Assembly: GCA_964464605.1 (NCBI GenBank)
Contig: CAYXJN010000004.1
Coordinates: forward strand, 62,001 to 126,000
From: an uncultured Ignavibacteriales bacterium
Lineage (GTDB): Bacteria; Zixibacteria; MSB-5A5; GN15; FEB-12
Direction of reading: 5' to 3'
Length of the DNA stretch: 64,000 nucleotides
A program made the position numbers and the translations under genes. Positions 40,251 to 48,310 of the stretch are shown one piece after another. The notes beneath the pieces are model-generated. The model was not told where the DNA came from. It made no database searches and saw only the letters and a list, made by a program, of their open reading frames with translations. Positions within the stretch are counted from its first letter, which is position 1. Each line of letters starts with the position of its first letter.

Positions 40251-42032
40251 TTATCGGGATGCCAGGGAAACGGTAATCCCCCAGTTGTTAGCATCGCGCG
40301 GACGGGTATCATTCCAGTCGTTGAATGCATGAGATCCGTCGGTGACGAAGTAAACTTCATAGTCACCGGCATCGAGCATGATATCTCCATCAAATAATCG
40401 ATTCTTGTCGGCGCCGCCGGCGTGTCGGGTATTTCTCCAGGTCATTTCCCAAACGGCGCGCCCCGATTCTTTGTCGATGATATAGCCGTAGTCAGCCATA
40501 TCGCCGCTGACTCCTTCACCGATTGCGTAAATATGAACTGTACCGGATTTGTTCAGATGAAATGACTGCGAACGTTCCTGATTATCGCGGATACGGACAA
40601 TGCTTACGAGCACGTCGGCATTCGATTTTGCTAAGTCGGATTCGTTCAGCGTAGTGATGTCCCCATCTTTGTAGCCTTCACCCGGATAGAACGTCATTCC
40701 CCAAGCATTCGGTTCGTAGGGAGCAGAGGCATTCCATGAGCGATACGCATGGGAGCCATCGGTTATGTATGCCGCACGGTAATCTCCGGGCTGCAGGGTA
40801 ATGGTTCCGTCGAACATCCTGTTTTTATGACCGCCGCCGGCAAATTCAGTATTGGTGCGATCCATTTCCCAAATAACTTTCCGTGTGGCGGCATCTTCGA
40901 TCCAGCCATGATCGGCGAAAACGCGGTCGGATTTGTCGAATTCACCGAGCGCATAGATTCGCACTTTGGTCGGACGAACGACTTTGAACAATTTTTCACG
41001 GTACTCATCGTCACGGACTCGAGTCATTTCTAAAATCGATTTGCCGCGGTCACCGGGGGAGAAGACGCTGAACGCGGAGGCTTCATATCCTTTACCCGGC
41101 AGAATCGTTATACCCCAGTTAAGTGGGTCGTAGGGTGGGGCGGCGTTGAAATGTTCGTATGAGTGGGAGTCATCGGTGTAGACTTGCAGGATATATTTAC
41201 CGGCCGGGAATGAGACTTCATCATCGTACATCCTATTTTTGTCGCAGCCGCCTGCCCACCGCGTATTGAACTTATCGAGCTCCCAGACCCGTTCGTTGGT
41301 CGCTTCGTTTACTATCCACATCTGGTCGACGGCGCTGTTGTATCCATCAGGATATTCGACGACCGCGTAAATACGAAGCGACATCGGCTTAGTCAGCGCA
41401 AACCCGTCACGGATCGATTCTTCATCACCAAGCTTTGTGTGTTTCAAAATCGCACCGGGCAATTCACCGGTAGCGGTAAAACGAGTGACATCTGCACCCG
41501 AATTGGAAGACAATGTCACATAACATTCTTTTAAACTACGGGAATAATCTTTACTGCCTCCGCCGAAGATATTCGCAAGGGCATCGGCCCAACTGCCGTC
41601 TTTATCCTTATTTTCTTCATCTTCCCACTCGACGTCATTTTCGGTGATATTGACCACGCCGCTAAAGAAGGGGGAGCCGGCGAAATAGTAGAGTTCATAT
41701 TTTCCGGGGGAGAGGCGGAGTGATTCTTCCGCTTGCAACAAATGTTTCGAGCTTTTGATCTTTGAGGCGAATGATTCCCGCATATCCCAGACTACGTCGC
41801 GGGTTTTGCTGTCGATTATCCAGGCATAAGCGCTTAGGTCATCATCGGAATACCGGTTGAGAATTCCGACCGCCTCGACATCCACTTCCATGGACTGCTT
41901 AACTTCAAATCCTACTGCCTTGAGGTCATCGGGATGGAGACTGTCGATTTTGAGAAATGTGCCTGCCGAGGCCGCTTGGGCAAGACAGAGCAATCCCGCA
42001 ATCCCTGTCCATCGTACTACGCTGAATTTCAT
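40251..42032 (-). CDS. Secreted hypothetical protein made of four ~120-aa internal repeats
   Basis: ATG at 42032 with GGAG RBS and a signal peptide (..AQAASA). Repeats read IYAxxE..D..(W/Y)I....VWE....T..AGG..KNR.(F/Y)D....GxY....TDxSH...N...P...WG.T. Confidence 0.85.
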   Translation of the reverse strand: MKFSVVRWTGIAGLLCLAQAASAGTFLKIDSLHPDDLKAVGFEVKQSMEVDVEAVGILNRYSDDDLSAYAWIIDSKTRDVVWDMRESFASKIKSSKHLLQAEESLRLSPGKYELYYFAGSPFFSGVVNITENDVEWEDEENKDKDGSWADALANIFGGGSKDYSRSLKECYVTLSSNSGADVTRFTATGELPGAILKHTKLGDEESIRDGFALTKPMSLRIYAVVEYPDGYNSAVDQMWIVNEATNERVWELDKFNTRWAGGCDKNRMYDDEVSFPAGKYILQVYTDDSHSYEHFNAAPPYDPLNWGITILPGKGYEASAFSVFSPGDRGKSILEMTRVRDDEYREKLFKVVRPTKVRIYALGEFDKSDRVFADHGWIEDAATRKVIWEMDRTNTEFAGGGHKNRMFDGTITLQPGDYRAAYITDGSHAYRSWNASAPYEPNAWGMTFYPGEGYKDGDITTLNESDLAKSNADVLVSIVRIRDNQERSQSFHLNKSGTVHIYAIGEGVSGDMADYGYIIDKESGRAVWEMTWRNTRHAGGADKNRLFDGDIMLDAGDYEVYFVTDGSHAFNDWNDTRPRDANNWGITVSLASR

Positions 42033-42073
42033 CTTTTCTTGCTCCGGTGTTGCGTACGTTTTTCCTACCGTTC

Positions 42074-42102
42074 TATACGGATTTCCCCGTGGCCATGTTT
42101 CA
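42074..42102 (-). promoter_or_regulatory. ECF (SigW-like) promoter of the repeat-protein gene
   Basis: Minus strand TGAAAC(42102-42097)-17 nt-CGTATA(42079-42074). Confidence 0.65.
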
Positions 42103-42135
42103 TAGATTCTTGAACCCCAATTTCTTCCCGGCAAC

Positions 42136-42160
42136 AAAAAGGCCGGGGTAACCCGGCCTT
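42136..42160 (-). terminator. Intrinsic terminator after the small membrane-protein gene
   Basis: Minus strand AAGGCCGGG-ttac-CCCGGCCTT-TTT. Confidence 0.8.
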
Positions 42161-42185
42161 GGTAAGGCACAGTTCTTGGTATGAC

Positions 42186-42548
42186 TTAGTGAGAGGGGGG
42201 AGGCAGAATTCCATTCTGCGGTTTTTTCGGTCCGAACCAGTAATACGCTAACAGGCCGATTCCGGAGAACAGGAAAATGAACGAAACGGTCATTTCCCGG
42301 CTGATATAATATGGGAACAGCTCACCGATAAAGAAGGCCGAGCCGATAGCGACCAAAACGATACCAATTTTCAGCGTCGTTCCGGTATTGCTATCTCGTT
42401 GCATCATATAGAGATACTTCACATTTTCGTCGACTAATCCACGGTCGATTAACCGGGCGCGAATGCGGTGTTCCAAGAACAGGCGAATTATCCAGGCTAC
42501 CGTTCCGAAGATGATCGCGAATATTAAGACTTCTCCGATATCAGGCAT
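42186..42548 (-). CDS. Small 3-TM membrane protein (DUF6249-like, ECF-associated)
   Basis: TM-R..LI(D/E)(R/K)G-...LK.G......G...-TM-TM(G.GLL.YY) pattern. ATG 42548 with GGAGGA RBS. Divergent from the ECF sigma gene. Confidence 0.65.
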   Translation of the reverse strand: MPDIGEVLIFAIIFGTVAWIIRLFLEHRIRARLIDRGLVDENVKYLYMMQRDSNTGTTLKIGIVLVAIGSAFFIGELFPYYISREMTVSFIFLFSGIGLLAYYWFGPKKPQNGILPPPSH

Positions 42549-42588
42549 TGTTTCCTCCAAGGTTAACAGTTCAGTTCGTTCAACCCAA

Positions 42589-42656
42589 TTGACCGACAGC
42601 CACTTGGAAATGTTTCAGCCGCCTGAGTGAAACATTTCCGACGCTTGACCAGTCTA
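42589..42656. promoter_or_regulatory. Back-to-back divergent ECF promoters forming a 12-bp inverted repeat
   Basis: GGAAATGTTTCA(42606-42617)-N10-TGAAACATTTCC(42628-42639). + strand TGAAAC-N17-AGTCTA; - strand TGAAAC-N17-GGTCAA. Confidence 0.7.
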
Positions 42657-42677
42657 ATGAGGCAGAGAGACAGAAAT

Positions 42678-43241
42678 ATGGATGAACAGCAACTTTTAAC
42701 AGAACTTCGGTCCGGCAACAAAGCCGCTTTCCGGCAGTTTATTACTGCCTATGAACGGCTGGTTTCCCAGCTCGTTTTCCGGATGATTCCGAACGAGGCT
42801 GACCGGGATGATGTCTGTCAGGAGATATTCATCAAAGCTTGGGAATATCTGCCCAGCTTCCGTCAGGACTGTAAACTCTCGACCTGGCTTGCCCGTATCG
42901 CTTACAATCACTGCTTGAACTTTTTGGAAAAGAAGCGGATTCCGTTGTACGAGGATATGACTGTGGAAAGCACGATCGATGATGTCGTCGGTGAAACAAC
43001 GGCGCCATCGGAAGTGCTGGATGACCGTGATCGCTCGCATCGTTTGCATTCGGAAATCGACAATCTTCCGGTATTGATGGGTACTGTGCTAACCCTCTAC
43101 CATTTTTGTGAGATGCAGTATGATGAAATCTCACGGCTAATGCAGCTTCCTGAAGGAACTGTGAAAAGCCACCTGTTCCGCGCGCGTCAGGCGCTCAAAA
43201 ATAATCTTTTGGCCAAGTACAACGAGCGTGATTTATGGTAA
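42678..43241 (+). CDS. ECF RNA polymerase sigma factor
   Basis: Region 2 DDVCQEIFIKAW...TWLARIAYN and region 4 YDEIS....PEGTVKSHLFRAR. ATG 42678 chosen because it lies downstream of the predicted promoter. Confidence 0.93.
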   Translation: MDEQQLLTELRSGNKAAFRQFITAYERLVSQLVFRMIPNEADRDDVCQEIFIKAWEYLPSFRQDCKLSTWLARIAYNHCLNFLEKKRIPLYEDMTVESTIDDVVGETTAPSEVLDDRDRSHRLHSEIDNLPVLMGTVLTLYHFCEMQYDEISRLMQLPEGTVKSHLFRARQALKNNLLAKYNERDLW

Positions 43242-43804
43242 GCCGCCATTTAACCAATACTGAATTCGAACTGCTGGTCGATGGAAAAGCGGATCAGCTT
43301 TCATCATCTGTTCGTGCCCATGCGGAACGCTGCTCGCAGTGCAAACAGGAACTGGCTGAACTCTCGTCCGTGTTTCATTGGCCTTCAAGCGCAAAAACCT
43401 CCGGTTCGGTTGAGCCGCTGGCCGATCGTGTTTTGTCTGAGTTGGCGCAACGCAAGCAGGCATCGGGTATGTTCCGTATTTTGATTGGCGTTGGATTATT
43501 GTTCACCGTTGTTTTGTTGGTTGTCTTGGCCCCGATGCTCTGGCAATATCTCCCTTCAGAGGTACGGGCAACCGCAATGGGAATTTTCCCCATAATGGAA
43601 TGGCTGCCGGTGTTTCAGAAGTTAGTATCGGCCGAATGGTGGCTGACCTCTTCGGCGGCGCTATTGACCGGTGGAGTTGTTACGCTCAGTCTGATTATGC
43701 TGTTCGATTCAGTGGTAATCGGTCGCTTGCTTCGTAAACTAAAAGCAAAAAAACAGGCGGCGCCGGTTTTACAGAAGCAGATCTCTCAGGCTAACCGCAC
43801 TTGA
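43235..43804 (+). CDS. Zinc-binding (ZAS, HxxxCxxC) transmembrane anti-sigma factor
   Basis: HL...D...HAERCSQC followed by two hydrophobic segments. Overlaps the sigma stop codon. Confidence 0.8.
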   Translation: MVSRHLTNTEFELLVDGKADQLSSSVRAHAERCSQCKQELAELSSVFHWPSSAKTSGSVEPLADRVLSELAQRKQASGMFRILIGVGLLFTVVLLVVLAPMLWQYLPSEVRATAMGIFPIMEWLPVFQKLVSAEWWLTSSAALLTGGVVTLSLIMLFDSVVIGRLLRKLKAKKQAAPVLQKQISQANRT

Positions 43805-44613
43805 TTCCCCACTATTTGTATTAATCCCTCTTTCAGAAGCGCGTTGAGTAATCGTGACACCCTGTCACTATTACCGCCAACTCGTTTGATCAATTGTGAA
43901 CGAGTGATCGTTGGTACTGTCGTCAGTGTGCGTACAATCGCGCCTCGTATTTGGCGGTCTGAGCCGTTGAACTTCCCTTGCTTTGAAAGCGGGGGAATAT
44001 GCGGAATACGCCTGGGCAGTTTTACCGCGCTGTAATCCATTAGCGCATTATGCCAGTCGCGGGATTTCCCTTTCGGCAGGACGCGAAGCGCCGTCACTTC
44101 CAAATCTGATTTTGAAATGTCAGCGGGGAGTTTCAGTTCATGAATCAACACGCGGCGGATATTGGTGTCGATAGTCACCATATCCACATTAAATGCAAAA
44201 ATCAGAATCGCATTGGCGGTGTATGGTCCTATACCGGGAAGTTTTCGTAACGTATCCGGTTCAACCGGAAGTTTGCCGTTATGTTGTTCCACAATCGCTA
44301 TTGCCATTTTGTGCAAGTACAGCGCGCGGCGATTATATCCCAACCCCGACCAGGCGGTCAATACCGTCGACTGTTTCGCTTTGGCCAAAGCTTGCCATGT
44401 TGGCCAGCGTTTGAGCCATGCTTCATACTTGGGAAGTACTCTGCTAACCTGCGTTTGCTGAAGCATAATTTCCGACACCGCGATTTTGTACGGGTCGGTA
44501 GTCAGACGAAAGGGGAGGTCATGCCGTCCGCCAGTTTTATAGAATCCGAGGACCTTCTTGCGGAAGCTGTTGATTTGCGATGGAGTGAGTTTTTTAATAT
44601 CGAAACGGCTCAT
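43786..44613 (-). CDS. mutY: MutY-like adenine DNA glycosylase lacking the Fe-S cluster motif
   Basis: DPY...VSEIMLQQTQV.RV, W.GLGYNRRA, LPGIGPYTA, DTNIRRV. No Cys anywhere in the protein. Confidence 0.85.
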   Translation of the reverse strand: MSRFDIKKLTPSQINSFRKKVLGFYKTGGRHDLPFRLTTDPYKIAVSEIMLQQTQVSRVLPKYEAWLKRWPTWQALAKAKQSTVLTAWSGLGYNRRALYLHKMAIAIVEQHNGKLPVEPDTLRKLPGIGPYTANAILIFAFNVDMVTIDTNIRRVLIHELKLPADISKSDLEVTALRVLPKGKSRDWHNALMDYSAVKLPRRIPHIPPLSKQGKFNGSDRQIRGAIVRTLTTVPTITRSQLIKRVGGNSDRVSRLLNALLKEGLIQIVGNQVRLA

Positions 44614-44689
44614 GACCGGACAACCAACGAAGCTCTGGGAATAATGTCAACTTGATTGCATGAACGCGCTGTGGTAGTTTGTATTGTCT

Positions 44690-45352
44690 ATGCGAATCGC
44701 CGATTTTTTTCTATTACCGAATCTTTTTAGTCTTTCCCGTATCTTTTTGACGCCGCTATTGGCCTGGTTACTGGCGAGTACTCACCCGCATGCATCGCTG
44801 TGGGCAGCCGGGGTATTGATTGCCGCCGGTATTACTGACTGGTTAGATGGCTATTTCGCGCGCCGAAGCGGCGAAATTACCCCGCTCGGTATCGCCCTTG
44901 ATCCGGTTGCCGATAAAATTTTCGCCGGAATAACTGTCATATTGCTGGTGCTCTATCGTGAGTTTCCGCTTTGGCTCGCGTTTGTTATTGTCGGACGGGA
45001 TTTGCTTATCGTTGTCGTCGGTGCGCTGCTTTTGCGCGGTAAAAAAATCACGCTCCCATCGAATTTGACCGGTAAATATGCATTTGGCGCAATCGCGACG
45101 TTAATCGGCTGCTCCATTATCCGCTTTCCGTTCGGCATTGCGCTGATGACTATACTATCAATCCTCTTGATAGTTGTTTCGCTTGTCAATTATGCGCGGG
45201 TTGCTTGGCGTATCCGAAACGGAAAAGAAGCGCCGCAATTTACCGACTCGATGCTAAAACACCTGCTACGCGTTAGCTGCTTAACAGGTGTAATACTTCG
45301 GCTTGTGTATGAACTGTGGAAGTTTTACAAGACAGGCAGTTTAGGTATATAG
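44690..45352 (+). CDS. CDP-alcohol phosphatidyltransferase (PgsA/Cls-like)
   Basis: PN..SLSR, TDWLDGYFARR...T.LG..LDPVADK, GK. Confidence 0.9.
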   Translation: MRIADFFLLPNLFSLSRIFLTPLLAWLLASTHPHASLWAAGVLIAAGITDWLDGYFARRSGEITPLGIALDPVADKIFAGITVILLVLYREFPLWLAFVIVGRDLLIVVVGALLLRGKKITLPSNLTGKYAFGAIATLIGCSIIRFPFGIALMTILSILLIVVSLVNYARVAWRIRNGKEAPQFTDSMLKHLLRVSCLTGVILRLVYELWKFYKTGSLGI

Positions 45353-45353
45353 C

Positions 45354-47726
45354 TTACGGCGTCGTTTGTGCGGGAGCAGGTAATCCGGCATTGACGCGGC
45401 GAAAAAATTCAGAAATATACGTCCCAGATGATTCTCCCGATCTCCACCCGAGTTGATTGGTTAACTCGGCAAGTCTTCGGTAATAATCGAATCGTTCACT
45501 GATAGCTTGCAGCGATGCTTCCTGCGCCTGTTCATGTGCGCTGAGCACACCTTGCAGTTCAGTTTTACCGGCTTCATAGCTCTGTGTAAGCGTTTGATAT
45601 TCGGTCAATGCAGCTTTGCGCCATTGGATACTCATGGGGATATTGTTCATCTGCTCCATCAGATTGCTGACACCCGCTTCTACCTTTCCTAAAAGCGCGA
45701 GGGAGAGGCTGTCGCGCGAATACTCCCGCACTTGCTGCTCGGCGGCGAGCAGCCGTTTTTCACGACGATCTGTAAGCGAACCGGGGAATGACCAGCGCAA
45801 TCGTCCGCCTATGGTCCATGAAAAATCCTCTTCAGTAAATTCATCAGGTACATCCGCCTGTACATCAGTATAGAAGCCGCTTGCAAAAACGCCGAAGGTC
45901 GGCCACCGCTTTCCGTTTTTTTGCGCGATGAGACTGTTGGTGACATTCACCGAAGCGGTCGTTGCCTGATACTCCGGATTGCCGGCTTGCGCCTCTTTCA
46001 AAAGAAATGCCCGCAGCTTAGTTTCATCCGCACCGGTTGGGGCATGCTGGCGCATTTGGATATAATTGTCATACAATTCCCGTTCGGAGAACTGCGCAGT
46101 ATCGAGGGCGATTGGCGTTGTCGCGGGAAGATTCAACAAAGTGTTGAGCAGCGTGCGCGCCCGTTTTCGATCAAAATATGCAGAGGTTAATCGTGTCATA
46201 ATACCGATGCGGCGGGATTCCCACTGCATCTGCTCGGCTTCATTGCCGCGTTGCTCGTAGTTACGGATAACTTTGATAAATTCAAGGTTTCGCTCAATAG
46301 CAAGACGTCCCTCCCGCAGTACCCGAATAACTTCATCAGCTTCGGAAATGGCTGCGTATGCCAACGCCGTCGCTGTTTCCAAATTACCAAGGGCAGCCTG
46401 ACGGTTTGCTTCTTCGTACAGCTTTTCCCGTTGGGCAAGTCTCCGCATCCGGAGGTTTTCTAACGATAAGAGCGTCGTTTCAAAGGTTAGCTCACCGCGC
46501 GTACCGGATTTTTTCAGCCAATTGCGTGAATTATTCACTGCTTCGTTTGAACGACGGGTAACGTCACCCTGGAAAGTTAATCGCGGATCAAGTATACCGA
46601 GTCCCGCTTTACCGTTATCGATAGCCGCATTCAATCGTAAATCGGCGGCCAGCGCAGAGGGGTGGGCAGCTAGTGTTCTGTGAACCGCCTGATTGAGTGT
46701 ATAAACATCAGCGGCGACAGGAACGTCCGAGCCATACAAAATTGCTTCATTAATTGCTTCCAGCGGAAGCTTCGCGTCGATTTCCAAAGCAGTCTGCATA
46801 TTGATAGCGAGTCCTGTCTGCGGCTCGATAAGCACCGGTAGATCGGTCGGTCGTTCTCCGTTGCGAATACGCGCGATTTTTAGCGCCGCAACCCGTGCTT
46901 CGGTTAAATAATCATATCCGGCATTCGAAACCAGCGCGCCATGCTCCACCATGTAACCGCCTTCCGATGAGAGCACCGGAACGCGGTCAGTTTTGACGGT
47001 GCGTAAAAACTCATCGATTTTGACAGCATCCATCCCCCAAAGCGGCGGAAGGTAGAGTGCATCAACTTGTTTGCTCAGCTTTCGATACGCGGCAAAGAAA
47101 GCAAAGGTGCCGAAATTGTTGTATGCTTCTTCAACTTCCAATTCAACATTGAATTTTTGGGATACGCGTACCATCTGGTCGATGGTCCCTTCACCGGAAC
47201 CGGAATCATGAAAGAAAATGACGCCAACTCGTTTCGGCTGGGTCAGCCGGATAAGCGTTACCAAATCCCGCTCGATAATGCCACCCTGCCCGGTGATAGT
47301 GAGATTGGTTGTCTTCGGCTGCCCGACTTCATTGAGCAAGCCCTCGCTCGGCGGGTCATACCGGTACATGCTGACAATCGGCTTTTTGTAACCGGCTTCA
47401 AGCAGATCCTCAGTCGCCCAGGGGCCAATCGTTATCATTATATCTACCCGGTCAACGCCGACTAACTGCTTCGCGTAGATTTTTGAGCTATCCCGGTACC
47501 ATGAAGCGGAACGAAACCCCTGCGGAATAAAGACTGCCTGAATGCTGTCACCGAGCACTGCCGGAAGTTGCCGTTCCAGTTCCTGTCTGAAATGCTGATG
47601 AATGGGGTGAGGGCCTCCTTCGAAATAGCCGACCAGTAACTGCCGTTTATTGCTTTGCGCAAACGCAGAGCCGGTAAGAATGAACAAGAAGAGAAATCCG
47701 GCCAGATAAGTTTTCAATCGTATCAT
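45354..47726 (-). CDS. Fusion of an ABC-type substrate-binding domain and a TolC-family outer-membrane efflux domain
   Basis: Signal peptide. N-half has the ABC_sub_bind-like C-terminus (GAL.S..YD......A......GE.P.DLPV......L.IN..TA). C-half is TolC-like (TLNQAV...L..HPS, NPEYQ...WPTF, WTIGGRLRW, YEAG.T....VL.A). Confidence 0.75.
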   Translation of the reverse strand: MIRLKTYLAGFLFLFILTGSAFAQSNKRQLLVGYFEGGPHPIHQHFRQELERQLPAVLGDSIQAVFIPQGFRSASWYRDSSKIYAKQLVGVDRVDIMITIGPWATEDLLEAGYKKPIVSMYRYDPPSEGLLNEVGQPKTTNLTITGQGGIIERDLVTLIRLTQPKRVGVIFFHDSGSGEGTIDQMVRVSQKFNVELEVEEAYNNFGTFAFFAAYRKLSKQVDALYLPPLWGMDAVKIDEFLRTVKTDRVPVLSSEGGYMVEHGALVSNAGYDYLTEARVAALKIARIRNGERPTDLPVLIEPQTGLAINMQTALEIDAKLPLEAINEAILYGSDVPVAADVYTLNQAVHRTLAAHPSALAADLRLNAAIDNGKAGLGILDPRLTFQGDVTRRSNEAVNNSRNWLKKSGTRGELTFETTLLSLENLRMRRLAQREKLYEEANRQAALGNLETATALAYAAISEADEVIRVLREGRLAIERNLEFIKVIRNYEQRGNEAEQMQWESRRIGIMTRLTSAYFDRKRARTLLNTLLNLPATTPIALDTAQFSERELYDNYIQMRQHAPTGADETKLRAFLLKEAQAGNPEYQATTASVNVTNSLIAQKNGKRWPTFGVFASGFYTDVQADVPDEFTEEDFSWTIGGRLRWSFPGSLTDRREKRLLAAEQQVREYSRDSLSLALLGKVEAGVSNLMEQMNNIPMSIQWRKAALTEYQTLTQSYEAGKTELQGVLSAHEQAQEASLQAISERFDYYRRLAELTNQLGWRSGESSGTYISEFFRRVNAGLPAPAQTTP

Positions 47727-47899
47727 ATCGCCTTATATGTCAAAAACTCGTAATCGGGCAAAAGTATAGGGGAAGTTTTTCGAGAAAGTAACGGAATTTT
47801 TGGTTTGTAACCTGTTGCCGGGACTATGGAATTCTTTTGCTGACGGGCAGATACGGCTGTTGTGAAATTTATCCGGCATGAAAGTTGACGGCTTTCCCC

Positions 47900-47928
47900 T
47901 TGACTGTCAGTATAGTGTTACTTACCTT
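47900..47928 (+). promoter_or_regulatory. Sigma70-type promoter of the tRNA pair
   Basis: TTGACT-17 nt-TACCTT, about 20 nt before the first tRNA. Confidence 0.55.
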
Positions 47929-47947
47929 CTGAAACTTGGCTTTTACC

Positions 47948-48021
47948 GGGCCCTTAGCTCAGCCGGTTAGAGCAGCTGACTCATAATCAGCGGGTCGCAG
48001 GTTCGAGCCCTGCAGGGCCCA
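47948..48021 (+). tRNA. tRNA-Ile2 (CAT anticodon, lysidine type); CCA not encoded
   Basis: Acceptor GGGCCCT/AGGGCCC, anticodon arm GCTGA-CTCATAA-TCAGC, T-loop GGTTCGAGCC. The body resembles ileX-type tRNAs and lacks initiator features. Confidence 0.85.
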
Positions 48022-48038
48022 TAGTGTTGCGAAAGCTC

Positions 48039-48112
48039 GGGCAATTAGCTCAGCTGGTTAGAGCGTTCGGTTCACATCCGAAAGGTCACTGGTTCGAGTC
48101 CAGTATTGCCCA
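48039..48112 (+). tRNA. tRNA-Val (CAC); CCA not encoded
   Basis: Acceptor GGGCAAT/ATTGCCC, anticodon arm TTCGG-TTCACAT-CCGAA, T-arm ACTGG-TTCGAGT-CCAGT. Confidence 0.93.
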
Positions 48113-48226
48113 TAGTAATTAGATGGTGATGAAACAAACGTATACGACAACAAACAAAAGTAATCAGATACGACCGGTACGGAGTGGTCTGTACAAAAAC
48201 TCCTGTCCCGGCGTACGGCGCAGTTC

Positions 48227-48264
48227 AACGCATCTCATTCACACAGAAACGGGATGCGTTTTTT
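48227..48264 (+). terminator. Terminator-like hairpin after the tRNA pair
   Basis: AACGCATCTC-N14-GGGATGCGTT followed by TTTT. Confidence 0.6.
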
Positions 48265-48310
48265 ATTTGTATGGTGATCTATGAACAGCGTGGGTTCGAA
48301 GGAGGTATCG

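Noticed and set aside
42033..42170. 46-aa N-terminal extension of the repeat protein given by the ORF track
   Set aside because: It overlaps a terminator and an ECF promoter. RBS and signal peptide point to ATG 42032.
47948..48021. Calling the CAT-anticodon tRNA as tRNA-Met/fMet
   Set aside because: It has a paired 1-72 position, lacks the three G-C anticodon-stem pairs of initiators, and resembles ileX-type tRNA-Ile2. Elongator Met is not fully excluded.
48123..48284. 53-codon ORF (MVMKQTYTTT...) after tRNA-Val
   Set aside because: No convincing RBS, it runs through RNA hairpins and a terminator, and it has no recognisable protein features.
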